DNA of 64,000 nucleotides from assembly GCA_028281345.1 (NCBI GenBank), contig JANQKB010000051.1, positions 7,276 through 71,275 on the forward strand, given 5' to 3'. The position numbers were made by a program, and so were the translations under genes. The stretch's first letter is position 1. Every line of letters begins with the position of its first letter. The stretch comes from Chlorobium sp. (GTDB taxonomy: Bacteria > Bacteroidota > Chlorobiia > Chlorobiales > Chlorobiaceae). Shown here piece by piece: positions 20,969-30,242 of this stretch. The notes below the pieces were generated by a model. It was given only the letters and a program-made list of their open reading frames with translations, did no database searches and was not told where the DNA came from.

Positions 20969-22381
20969 TTACCCTTTGATAACCGCGACAGGTTTCAGAA
21001 AAGCAACCTTTGTTGCAATACCGGCATTGGCAACCGTATCGACAACGTCATGGATATCCTTGTAAGCTTGCGGGGCTTCCTCGGCAAGCCCTTTCATCGA
21101 GCCTGCCTGAACGGAAATCCCCTCAGCTTCAAGCGTTTTTTTGAGCTGCTCTCCGTGTACCGTTTTTTTCGCCTTCGTGCGAGACATGCGCCTCCCGGCA
21201 CCATGGCAGCAGGAACCGAACGACTCGGCAAGGGCACGCTCGCTTCCCAGCAGAACAAAAGACCCGGTTCCCATACTGCCGGGAATGATAACCGGCTGAC
21301 GGGGAAAAGCCCTTGTCGCTCCTTTCCGGTGCACAAGCATTGTTTTCTGTTTTCCGTCATCGAGATGCTGCTCAAGCCTTGCAATGTTGTGACAAACATC
21401 GTAGACAACCCCAAGATTTACGGAAGGAACAACTTTCTGCCAGCTCTTGCGTATCTCCCAGGTGATGAGCTGCCGGTTCGCCCAGGCAAAGTTTGCCGCT
21501 GCCGACATGGCCCGAAAATAGTCCTGTCCTTCTTTTGAGCGAAACGGAACACAAGCAAGTTCCCTGTCAGGCACCCGGATACCGTACCGGGACATGGCAA
21601 CTCCCATGATTTTCAGATAATCCGATGCCGTCTGGTGGCCCAGCCCTCTCGAACCTGTGTGAACCTGCACAACCACCCGGCCTTCCGTAAGCCCAAGCGA
21701 TTCTGCAGCTTCAGGATCGTAAACAGTGTCAACTCTGTCGATTTCGATAAAATGATTGCCGGCCCCAAGAGTACCCAGTTGATCCATTCCACGAGCCTTG
21801 GCTTTTTGCGACACAGCCGCAGGGTCAGCCTCGGCTGCCCGGCCTCCTGACTCCTGATTCAGCAGATCATCTTCGTCTCCATATCCGAATCCAACCATTC
21901 CGGGCGCACCGCTCTCAAGGAGCGCATCAAGTTCTTTTTCGCTGAACGCTATCCTGTTGCCGTGCCCCACACCCGAAGGAACGTTGCGATACATCTCTTT
22001 GGCCAATGAGGGTATTTTTCCGCGGATATCATCATAGAGCTTGTTGCTCTTCAGCAGCCTTACCCCGCAGTTGATATCATACCCGATGCCTCCCGGCGAT
22101 ATAACTCCTTCCTCAGGGCCGAAGGCAGCCACCCCGCCGATCGGAAAGCCATATCCTTCATGGATATCCGGCATTGCAAGAGCATATTTCCGGATGCCGG
22201 GAAGCATGGCGACATGAACCAACTGCTGCAATGAACGATCGGCAAATATCTGATCGAGCATTGTTTCGGAAGCGTAAAACCGTCCCGGCACAAGCATTTC
22301 CTGTACCGTACCTTCCGGAATCTCCCACAGCCATGGGCTTATCCTCTGCAGGTCGCCCTTTTTCAATGAGAAAACACTCAT
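20969..22381 (-). CDS. rtcB: RNA ligase RtcB
   Basis: PDIHEGYGFPIGG, GYDINCG, GAGNHFIE, HTGSRG, HRKGAT, HGAGR, EEAPQAYK. Confidence 0.96.
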   Translation of the reverse strand: MSVFSLKKGDLQRISPWLWEIPEGTVQEMLVPGRFYASETMLDQIFADRSLQQLVHVAMLPGIRKYALAMPDIHEGYGFPIGGVAAFGPEEGVISPGGIGYDINCGVRLLKSNKLYDDIRGKIPSLAKEMYRNVPSGVGHGNRIAFSEKELDALLESGAPGMVGFGYGDEDDLLNQESGGRAAEADPAAVSQKAKARGMDQLGTLGAGNHFIEIDRVDTVYDPEAAESLGLTEGRVVVQVHTGSRGLGHQTASDYLKIMGVAMSRYGIRVPDRELACVPFRSKEGQDYFRAMSAAANFAWANRQLITWEIRKSWQKVVPSVNLGVVYDVCHNIARLEQHLDDGKQKTMLVHRKGATRAFPRQPVIIPGSMGTGSFVLLGSERALAESFGSCCHGAGRRMSRTKAKKTVHGEQLKKTLEAEGISVQAGSMKGLAEEAPQAYKDIHDVVDTVANAGIATKVAFLKPVAVIKG

Positions 22382-22650
22382 TCAGTTCTGTCCGTCCATT
22401 TCCTCAAGCAGTTCAATCGCTTTGGTCTTTCCAAGATCCGCAGCCGCCCCGAGTGGTCGATATGACCGTGGCTCAATACAACCGCATCTACCGTTCGGGG
22501 ATCAAAAGGAAACTCCTCCCTGTTGAGTGTTTCCTCTTCCGGACGCCCCTGAATCAGACCGCAATCGAGAAGAATCTGGCGGCCGTTTATTCTCAGTACA
22601 TGACAGGAACCGGTGATCCTTCCTGCTGCTCCGTAAAACTCGAGTTCCAT
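22378..22650 (-). pseudogene. Internally deleted MBL-fold (beta-CASP-type) RNase
   Basis: Has the N-terminus MELEFYGAAGRITGSCH..LLDCG..VVLSHGHIDHSGRL, then an abrupt end after about 90 aa. Confidence 0.85.
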
Positions 22651-22683
22651 GAGATATGACAAACCTGTAAATGCTGGTGGAAA

Positions 22684-23388
22684 TCACTCCCTGAGTTTTA
22701 TATATACTTTCCCTTCTTTTACCTCCAGGGAATCAACACCGTCGGCAAACCCTTTCCAGAAACCCTTTTCGCCACCGTACTCACCGATAAGGTCAATATT
22801 CTTGATTCCACCCAACCAGACGTTCGGAAGAGGAATTCCCATCAGGCTTACACCTCTGAGCTTTATGACAGGCCTGCCGTCACGCAGGGCAAGTTCAAGT
22901 CCTGCGCGCACACGGACGGTTTTGCCGCCGAGAACCGGAAAGTCGGGATCAACCGGAACCAGCAATTTGACGCTGATCAGATCCCTGGAAAGGTCTATAG
23001 CTGCTTTTTGGGCAAGATCGGTATTGTTGGCAAGAAGAGCGTTCAGTTCCCGCTCAGAGAGGTAGATTTCACGACTGGCACCCTCCTCACTGTATGGCTC
23101 GGGTTTAAGGAAACCCTCAGGGGTGAGTTCGTCCTCTCTTACGCCTCCGAACATGTCCTCGAGAGATATACCGCTGGCCTGCTCGATCCTGTCGAGTTTT
23201 CCGGCAAGTTCCTGCTTTTCGTGCTGGTTCAGTTCCACAGGAGTAAATGGGGCCGGGAAAAAGAAAAAACGAACAACAAGCAGCGTGACTGCTGCCGTGA
23301 CAATGACCACTCCGAGCACAATGGCAAAGACCTGTGAACCGGTAAATCTTTTTGAGGGATTTTCAGGAGCGCCCCTTTGTGTATCCAT
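22684..23388 (-). CDS. Conserved hypothetical protein with an N-terminal TM anchor
   Basis: 234-aa ORF with one hydrophobic segment; no function recognised. Confidence 0.7.
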   Translation of the reverse strand: MDTQRGAPENPSKRFTGSQVFAIVLGVVIVTAAVTLLVVRFFFFPAPFTPVELNQHEKQELAGKLDRIEQASGISLEDMFGGVREDELTPEGFLKPEPYSEEGASREIYLSERELNALLANNTDLAQKAAIDLSRDLISVKLLVPVDPDFPVLGGKTVRVRAGLELALRDGRPVIKLRGVSLMGIPLPNVWLGGIKNIDLIGEYGGEKGFWKGFADGVDSLEVKEGKVYIKLRE

Positions 23389-23394
23389 AAATCG

Positions 23395-25155
23395 TCATCC
23401 TTTTTTCCGTTTGACCCGCGGTGCACGCTTCGGCTTCCTTTTCGGTTTCCGCATGCTCCCTGCCGAAAAATCTCCCCGTCCATTGGAGTCCCTTTCGAGC
23501 CTCGAGGCATGAAGCTGCCGCTTGCATACCCATATTTTCTTAAGCTCTTTCAATACATCTTTCGGCATCCCCTCCGGCAGTTCGACCGTGCTGTAATCTT
23601 CGAATATGCTGATCCGGCCTACGGCATCACCTTCGAGCCCGATCTCATTGATGATCGCACCGGCAATGTTTCCGGGCTTTGCGCCGTGCTGTTCACCTAC
23701 TTCCAGACGATAACGTTCATACCCGATAACGTCGTAAAGCGGATCTTTTTTTCGTTTGGACGGCCTTGTCTCCCGGTAGTCCCCTGCCCCGGCTTTTTCC
23801 TTTTTCTGTCGCACCGGCTTTTGCGACCTTGCCGACATCAGCAAAGGGCTGTCACCCTGGTACAGACTCGCCAGTGCCGAAGCCGCATCTATAGCTGTAA
23901 CGTCGTGTTCAAAACAGTAGGATTCCACAAGTTCACGGAAAAAATGAAGGTCTGCAGTGGAGAGCGTATCGCTGATCTGTTGCTTGAAGCGCACAATACG
24001 TTTGTCGTTGATGACTTCAGTCGACGGCAGTTCCATCCTGTCAATTCTTTTGCGGATCGCCTTTTCAATCGTTCGCAGCATTGACATTTCACGCGGGGTC
24101 ACAAAAAGTATCGCCTCACCGCTGCGTCCCGCACGCCCGGTACGACCGATACGATGAACATAGCTTTCCGTATCGGTCGGGATGTCATAATTAATAACGT
24201 GACTGATCCTTTCTACATCCAGCCCCCTTGCCGCCACATCGGTGGCTATGAGAATATTATAGACGCTCTTTTTGAACTGGCCGACCGTTTTTTCACGATG
24301 ATTCTGCACCATATCACCGTTCAACGCAGCCGCAGCATAGCCTCTTGCCCTGAGCTTTTCGGACAACTCAACCGTCGCGGTCTTTGTGCGCACAAAAATG
24401 ATTACTCCGTCAAAAAGCTCTATTTCGAGAATACGGGTCAGCGCATCGAGCTTGTGATGACCGGAAACCGGAAGGTAACGCTGCGTCGTGGTCTCAACAG
24501 TCGAGCTTTTTGCCTTGATTGCAATTTCAGAAAAGTCACGCAGATATTTCCTTGAAATACGGCGGATTTCCGAAGGCATGGTTGCAGAAAAAAGTGTAAT
24601 CTGTCGCGTGGCAGGGATTCTTTCAAGAATCCACTCGACGTCGTCTACAAAACCCATGCGAAGCATTTCGTCGGCCTCGTCGAGCACGAGTGTCCGTAAT
24701 CCGTCAAGGATCAGTGTTTTCCTTCTGATATGGTCCATGACCCTTCCCGGTGTACCGACCACGACATGCACTCCCCTTTTCAATCGCCGAAGCTGACCAC
24801 TGTAGTCTTGTCCCCCGTAGATCGGAAGTACATGGAAATCCTCCATACAGGCAGCGTAGCGCTGAAAGGCTTCTGCCACTTGTATAGCAAGCTCTCTCGT
24901 AGGGGTAAGTATCAGCACCTGGGGCTCGGCCCTGGAAAGATCGATTGTAGAAAGCAGCGGCAATGCAAACGCCGCCGTCTTGCCGGTACCGGTCTGAGCC
25001 TGGCCGAGAATATCCCCGCCATCGAGAATAACCGGAATGGTTTGAAGCTGAATGGGGGTAGGTGTTTCGTAACCAATGTTGTCCAGAGCTTCAAGCACCT
25101 GACCTGAAAGACCCAGTTCCGCAAATCCGGCCGGCAAAGCATTTCTTTTTGTCAT
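23395..25155 (-). CDS. deaD: DEAD-box RNA helicase DeaD/CsdA
   Basis: AQTGTGKT, PTRELA, DEADEM, SAT, HRIGRTGRAG and a C-terminal DbpA-type RNA-binding domain. The ATG at 25155 is preferred. Confidence 0.95.
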   Translation of the reverse strand: MTKRNALPAGFAELGLSGQVLEALDNIGYETPTPIQLQTIPVILDGGDILGQAQTGTGKTAAFALPLLSTIDLSRAEPQVLILTPTRELAIQVAEAFQRYAACMEDFHVLPIYGGQDYSGQLRRLKRGVHVVVGTPGRVMDHIRRKTLILDGLRTLVLDEADEMLRMGFVDDVEWILERIPATRQITLFSATMPSEIRRISRKYLRDFSEIAIKAKSSTVETTTQRYLPVSGHHKLDALTRILEIELFDGVIIFVRTKTATVELSEKLRARGYAAAALNGDMVQNHREKTVGQFKKSVYNILIATDVAARGLDVERISHVINYDIPTDTESYVHRIGRTGRAGRSGEAILFVTPREMSMLRTIEKAIRKRIDRMELPSTEVINDKRIVRFKQQISDTLSTADLHFFRELVESYCFEHDVTAIDAASALASLYQGDSPLLMSARSQKPVRQKKEKAGAGDYRETRPSKRKKDPLYDVIGYERYRLEVGEQHGAKPGNIAGAIINEIGLEGDAVGRISIFEDYSTVELPEGMPKDVLKELKKIWVCKRQLHASRLERDSNGRGDFSAGSMRKPKRKPKRAPRVKRKKG

Positions 25156-25540
25156 ATAAGTCTGTCTCCTGGTATAAGGACACACGGAAAAGCCGTAACG
25201 AGCCGCGGCAATGCCTGGACCTTCAGCTTGTGTTCTGGTATCCACCAATGAATGTAACTATCGGAAGGACTCTATGAGAAAAGGCTGTGCCCTGCAGGGA
25301 TACCCCTGACTCGATTAAACGACTCTCAAGAAAATCATTACATCCCGCCCTGTCGGACAGTATCACAACATATCTCATCATTATCTTCAGGGTGCCTCAC
25401 CTCTCAAGAGACCCTGTTTACTTCCCTTTTTTCCCCAATCATTGCATCATACATCGATTGAGCACAGCCTATGGTACGAATTAATCTCACAAAACACTAA
25501 TGGACAGCTCTGTTAATTTGCAACTCACCTTGATTTTCCG

Positions 25541-26044
25541 CTATGACTCACTATCTTTGCTGCCCCCGCTGCCTGGTTTTTCCTCTTTCTCGTTGCGGAC
25601 GATAAAGACGCCCTCTTCATCGAATCGTGTTATAATATCATCAACCTTGCTTTCGGTCCCGCTGAATTTATCCTCAATACCCTGAACCTTGTTTTCCAGC
25701 GACTCAAACCTTTCCCCAAAAGCCCCGATCTGCTCTGAAATCGCATGTTGCAATTCGGTAATGCGGCTCTTTTCCTTGTTCATGGCAAGTTCACGAACCT
25801 CTTCAAGCTCCTTGTTGTATTTCCGCGCTTCCAGCATCGACGAGACCTCCAGCCTGCCGATAAAAAGCAGATAAATGATGCTTAAAACCCCTACTGTTCC
25901 CAACATGATAACCCCCAGCGGAGCCTGTATGCTGAAAAAAATAAAATTAATGGTGTCCTGCCGGGCAAAAAGTCCCCAGTTGATCCCGGCAAACAACAAC
26001 ACCAGAAACAAGACCAGTACCAGTATGATCGTATGCAGTTTCAT
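25541..26044 (-). CDS. LapA-domain membrane protein with coiled coil
   Basis: Two N-terminal TM segments with the 'N...INFIFFSIQAPLGVIML' LapA-like pattern. Confidence 0.65.
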   Translation of the reverse strand: MKLHTIILVLVLFLVLLFAGINWGLFARQDTINFIFFSIQAPLGVIMLGTVGVLSIIYLLFIGRLEVSSMLEARKYNKELEEVRELAMNKEKSRITELQHAISEQIGAFGERFESLENKVQGIEDKFSGTESKVDDIITRFDEEGVFIVRNEKEEKPGSGGSKDSES

Positions 26045-26259
26045 GAGGTTGTATCCTCCTTTGGCTTCTCCTTTCCTGCTTGATGTTCAGCAACAGATGC
26101 TTCGGCTAAAGCATCAAGTTTTCCGCCTGCTGCATCCTTTTCTATTTGTTCGTCCCATGCGTCGGAATCAAATTTTTCATACCACGCACGAAATTTTCTC
26201 AGTTGATCCTGTGGCAACCGTGTAACAAGCTTCTCAAGTTCTTCAACTGTTATACCCAT
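26041..26259 (-). CDS. Putative orphan type II antitoxin
   Basis: VEELEKLVTRLP..QL..FRAWY..FDSDAWDEQIEKDAAGGKLDALA pattern of small antitoxin-like proteins. Confidence 0.55.
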   Translation of the reverse strand: MGITVEELEKLVTRLPQDQLRKFRAWYEKFDSDAWDEQIEKDAAGGKLDALAEASVAEHQAGKEKPKEDTTS

Positions 26260-26347
26260 AGCTTATATTCACATCATCATTCACCGCTCAACATATCCTG
26301 ACAAGCCGGGAGCAGCAGGTTTTTCGAATCACCTTTAATATACGCTT

Positions 26348-26878
26348 TTATCCGGCTCCCAACTCCACCTCACACAGCACCCTATATTCAGCACCGGAAG
26401 GATGGAGTATGGACTCATAAAGACAAACCGAATTCAGTGTAGCTTTCCAATCAATGGTTTCAGGAGAGAGGTTTACCTTCTGCCCCTTCTTTATCCGCGC
26501 AAGCGTGACATGGAGCAAAAACCTCCTCTCAATACTATCATTTTCGGGTTCGGCAAGGCATGAGAGTTTTTCCTGAAGTTTTCCCAAACCATCATGCCCT
26601 CCTCCTGAAGCCCAGATAAGACGTGGCCTTCTCGCCGTCGGCCCGGCAGATATTTTGTTGAAACAAACCTCAAAAGCCCTTTCATTTTCAAGAAGGTCGT
26701 GCAGTTTTTCGCAAACCCTCTCGACATCATCGCAATACCAAGGGGGAACCAGTGTAACATGCTGGTTTTCGGGAGAAATCCAGCGAACAGGAAGACTATC
26801 GTGTAATACCCTGAAAGCACATGCCCTGTCACGAAACACTTCTCCTGCAGGCATCCCGATGAAAACCCGTTTCCCCAC
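26348..26878 (-). CDS. thpR: RNA 2',3'-cyclic phosphodiesterase (2H family)
   Basis: KRVFIG N-terminus, two HxT motifs (HVTLVP, HVTLAR) and LYESIL...GAEY. The GTG at 26878 is preferred. Confidence 0.88.
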   Translation of the reverse strand: MGKRVFIGMPAGEVFRDRACAFRVLHDSLPVRWISPENQHVTLVPPWYCDDVERVCEKLHDLLENERAFEVCFNKISAGPTARRPRLIWASGGGHDGLGKLQEKLSCLAEPENDSIERRFLLHVTLARIKKGQKVNLSPETIDWKATLNSVCLYESILHPSGAEYRVLCEVELGAG

Positions 26879-26880
26879 TT

Positions 26881-27282
26881 TCAGATATCCAGAACAAGAT
26901 TGGCAAGCCACGTACCTTTTTCTGTTTGCCGAACAAAAGCCTCATGCAAGGTAACGGCTTTTATCTCTTCCTCCATGCCGGTAATTTTCCTGCCTTTTAC
27001 CACGCCTTTGAAATGCGTTTCGGTAACAGCAACAGTCTGCAGTTCCTCATAAGCTTCATGGTGAACCTGTCCGAGAAACACAATCTCGTTGAGAAAATCA
27101 ACCAGGAGCGACAAAATGTCCGGTGAACTCACTTCCACCTGACGCTCAACCATTTCCGATGAAAAACCCGGGCAGGAAACCGCATTCATCGCTTTCATTG
27201 TTTCGCTGAAAAGACCGGCGAGGCTTTCTCCGGTCGCCTCCAACCGGATATCGGCTGTATGTTCATGAAGTTTATACGACAC
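26881..27282 (-). CDS. Archease
   Basis: YKLHEHTADIRL, EEIKAVTLHE, LVLDI. Confidence 0.92.
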   Translation of the reverse strand: MSYKLHEHTADIRLEATGESLAGLFSETMKAMNAVSCPGFSSEMVERQVEVSSPDILSLLVDFLNEIVFLGQVHHEAYEELQTVAVTETHFKGVVKGRKITGMEEEIKAVTLHEAFVRQTEKGTWLANLVLDI

Positions 27283-27359
27283 AGCAGCTTGCTGGCTTTG
27301 AAATTCCGGTTTTTAATGATACTTAAGGAAATAGTTTGATCTCTGGAAAACAGATACCC

Positions 27360-28640
27360 ATGGCACTACAGCTTATCCTCTACAATATAACAGTACCTTT
27401 TTTAGCAGGCTTTCTGAAACTGTTCAGCCGGGCCTTTCCGAGATTGCAGACTTTTTTCCAGGTAAGGAAAAACATCTTTGCAGAACTTGAAAAAGCCGCA
27501 GGAAATCCGACGGACAAAAAGCCCAGGATATGGATACATGCAGCTTCTGCCGGAGAGTTCGAGCAGGCCCGGCCGGTTATAGCCGAAGTAAAAAAAGCGC
27601 GTCCTGATGCGTTGATATTCATATCATTTCAATCCGACTCGGGCTACACTGTCTATCGAAACTATGCCGATGCCGAAGCGGTATTTTATCATCCGGTTGA
27701 CACAAAGAAAAATGCAGAGAAAACCGTTGCACTGATCAGGCCGGATGTTGTCATGGTAATGCGCTATGATTTCTGGCCGAACCATCTTCATGCCTCGAAA
27801 AAGGAGGGTGCAACTCTTGTTCTTGCAGCCGCTGTTCTTCAGGAACATTCCATATATTTCAAACCGTTTGTCCGGTGGTTCTACCGCTCGGTTTTTTCTC
27901 TTTTTGACTCCATTTACACGGTTTCGGAGAAAGACCGTGAGCGATTCGCGAAAACATTCGACAGAAAGGATGCCCTGCAGGCAGGAGACCCCCGATTCGA
28001 CCAGGTATTGAGGCGAAGCGAGAGCACCGGCAAAATCGAGCGTCTGAAAAACATCTATTCCGAAACAACGCTCCTTGTCGCAGGCAGTACCTGGCACAAG
28101 GATGAGGAGCTGCTCTTTCCGGCCTATATTGCCCTTGCTGAGCATCTGCGCATGATCCTTGTCCCGCATGATGTTTCCCCGGGCAACATTGCCCGCATTG
28201 AAAGCTCGCTCGAAACCTCCGGTATCCCCTGTGCGAAAATATCATCCCTGCCTGATGATTTTTCAGCAAAGCAGGTTCTTGTTGTCGACAAAATCGGCTT
28301 GCTTGCCGAACTCTATGTCCTGGCAAAGATCGCTTATGTAGGCGGAGGATTCGGGGTCAATGTCCACAACACCCTCGAGCCTGCCGTGTACGGCATTCCT
28401 GTCCTGTTCGGCCCGAACCATCATAACTCCCCCGAGGCAGAAGAGCTTGTCGAAATTCAGGCGGCGACAGAAATCCATGACGAGGCATCACTTCTCAATG
28501 CTCTACGGAAACTTGTTGAAAATCCCGGAGCAAGAGAACTGCAAGGCAATATCGCAGGCCGCTATATTCGAAACCATCTTGGCGCCTCCAAAACAGTTGC
28601 CGAAAAGATCCTGAACACTATTAACGGTCTTACAAAGTGA
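27360..28640 (+). CDS. waaA: 3-deoxy-D-manno-octulosonic acid transferase
   Basis: WIHAASAGEFEQ, RYDFWPN, GDPRFD, AGSTW, VGGGF..NVHNTLEPAVYG. Confidence 0.92.
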   Translation: MALQLILYNITVPFLAGFLKLFSRAFPRLQTFFQVRKNIFAELEKAAGNPTDKKPRIWIHAASAGEFEQARPVIAEVKKARPDALIFISFQSDSGYTVYRNYADAEAVFYHPVDTKKNAEKTVALIRPDVVMVMRYDFWPNHLHASKKEGATLVLAAAVLQEHSIYFKPFVRWFYRSVFSLFDSIYTVSEKDRERFAKTFDRKDALQAGDPRFDQVLRRSESTGKIERLKNIYSETTLLVAGSTWHKDEELLFPAYIALAEHLRMILVPHDVSPGNIARIESSLETSGIPCAKISSLPDDFSAKQVLVVDKIGLLAELYVLAKIAYVGGGFGVNVHNTLEPAVYGIPVLFGPNHHNSPEAEELVEIQAATEIHDEASLLNALRKLVENPGARELQGNIAGRYIRNHLGASKTVAEKILNTINGLTK

Positions 28641-28697
28641 ATGCTTATATTTATCTGAGTTTTATTCGTCTTTCAAAAGCTTAAATTTCTGGCCGCC

Positions 28698-29165
28698 ATG
28701 TTAGCGCGAATGCAAAACCTCTATCTCTTTATCGCTGCCCTTCTTGCTTTCTCAAGTCTTTTCTTTCCGTTCTGGTACTTTATTACGGAAACCGAATATC
28801 TTCTGAAAGATTTCAGCCCTCTTGCCGGCGCAAACAGTATTCACGTTTTCGGTCTTTATGTTTCCGGTATTGTCTCTCCGGTAACCGGACTGCTTTCGAT
28901 TGTTGCTGTTTTTCTTTACAAAAACCGGGCACTTCAGAGTAAGCTGATTGTTGTTCTGATTCTGCTTTTTCTTGTTGATATCCTTTCGGGCCTTACTGCA
29001 GCACACTTCATGAACGAGCATCTCAAGCAAAGCTTCGGCCCCGGAGTAGAACACCTTCCGGGGGCGGGCTTTTTTGTCCTTCTTCCGGAGCCCCTGCTTT
29101 TCTGGCTGGCTATGAAGGGGGTGAAAAAAGACGAGAAAATTGCCAGCGCTTATAAACGCCTGTAA
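28698..29165 (+). CDS. DUF4293-like membrane protein
   Basis: MLARMQNLYL, FLYKNRALQ and C-terminal KKDEKIA...RL. Confidence 0.75.
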   Translation: MLARMQNLYLFIAALLAFSSLFFPFWYFITETEYLLKDFSPLAGANSIHVFGLYVSGIVSPVTGLLSIVAVFLYKNRALQSKLIVVLILLFLVDILSGLTAAHFMNEHLKQSFGPGVEHLPGAGFFVLLPEPLLFWLAMKGVKKDEKIASAYKRL

Positions 29166-30187
29166 TGATGTTTACCGCATGGACAACCGGTGATATTCAC
29201 GGGATCGGTCCTGAAATCATTCTGAGAAGTTTTCAGGAAATCGGCAACAGCACCTGCAGGCCGCTGGCCGTGGGTTCAGTCGAGGCACTGCGGTTTTATA
29301 ACAGGGAGCTTGATCTGGGCGTAACGATTAACGAATCCGGGTCGTTCAGGGATTTGGAAAACGTTGCTGATTTTCCGGACAACATCCTCCCGGTACTCAG
29401 TGTCGCCGAACCCACAGAGCCCATCAGCCCCGGTGTTGTCTCGACCGAAGCAGGACACATAGCCATGAAAGCCATAGAAACTGCCGCGAGGTTGTGCCTC
29501 GAAAAAAAGGTTCGCGCCATGGTAACCGCTCCTATTCAAAAAGAAGCAATAGCCAAAGCAGGGTATGCCAATACCGGGCACACCGACTTTCTTGCGGAGC
29601 TCTGTGACGTTCCCGCCCCGATAATGCTTTTCCACGATCGGGCCTCTTCCCTTACGGTTGCTCTCGCGACCATTCATGTACCGCTCCTTTCCGTACCGGG
29701 CCTGATACGCTCCATGGACCTTGAGAGCTTCCTTCTCAGGCTATCCGAATCTCTGCGAACGGATTTCCATATTGCTTCACCGCGAATAGCCGTTCTCGGT
29801 CTCAACCCTCACGCATCGGACGGCGGTGTTATCGGCACTGAAGAAGAAACGGTTCTTGCTCCCTGCTTTGAAAAACTTGCAGGAAAAGAATGCATCGAGG
29901 GACCGTTTCCCGCTGACGGGTTTTTCGGTGGCGGCATGTATCGCGAGTATAATGCTGTTGTTGCAATGTATCATGACCAGGGGCTGCTCCCTTTCAAAGT
30001 TCTGGCATTTGAAACAGGCATCAACGTCACTACCGGACTTCCCATCATACGCACCTCTCCCGGCCATGGGACGGGTTTTGACATTGCCGGAACCGGTAAT
30101 GCATCCCCGAAAAGCTTTACAGAAGCCGCTCTTCTGGCTGAAAGAATCGCGGATAACAGGGCTGAAAAGTCAAAATTCAAAAGGTAA
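29165..30187 (+). CDS. pdxA: 4-hydroxythreonine-4-phosphate dehydrogenase
   Basis: TGDIHGIGPEI, VTAPIQK, GHTDFL, LGLNPHA, GPFPAD, YHDQGL, RTSPGHGT. Confidence 0.93.
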   Translation: MMFTAWTTGDIHGIGPEIILRSFQEIGNSTCRPLAVGSVEALRFYNRELDLGVTINESGSFRDLENVADFPDNILPVLSVAEPTEPISPGVVSTEAGHIAMKAIETAARLCLEKKVRAMVTAPIQKEAIAKAGYANTGHTDFLAELCDVPAPIMLFHDRASSLTVALATIHVPLLSVPGLIRSMDLESFLLRLSESLRTDFHIASPRIAVLGLNPHASDGGVIGTEEETVLAPCFEKLAGKECIEGPFPADGFFGGGMYREYNAVVAMYHDQGLLPFKVLAFETGINVTTGLPIIRTSPGHGTGFDIAGTGNASPKSFTEAALLAERIADNRAEKSKFKR

Positions 30188-30196
30188 AAGTCAAAC
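30165..30196 (-). repeat. Heptamer tandem array (reverse orientation) overlapping the pdxA 3' end
   Basis: aaaagtc aaaattc aaaaggt aaaagtc aaac. Confidence 0.75.
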
Positions 30197-30242
30197 ATTC
30201 ACCGTGACAGCACGGTATTGTGCTGCAAATCAACAACCGGAA

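Noticed and set aside
29826-30242. 140-codon N-terminal extension of FtsE in the ORF track
   Set aside because: It overlaps pdxA in another frame and has no motif; FtsE homology starts at the ATG at 30243.
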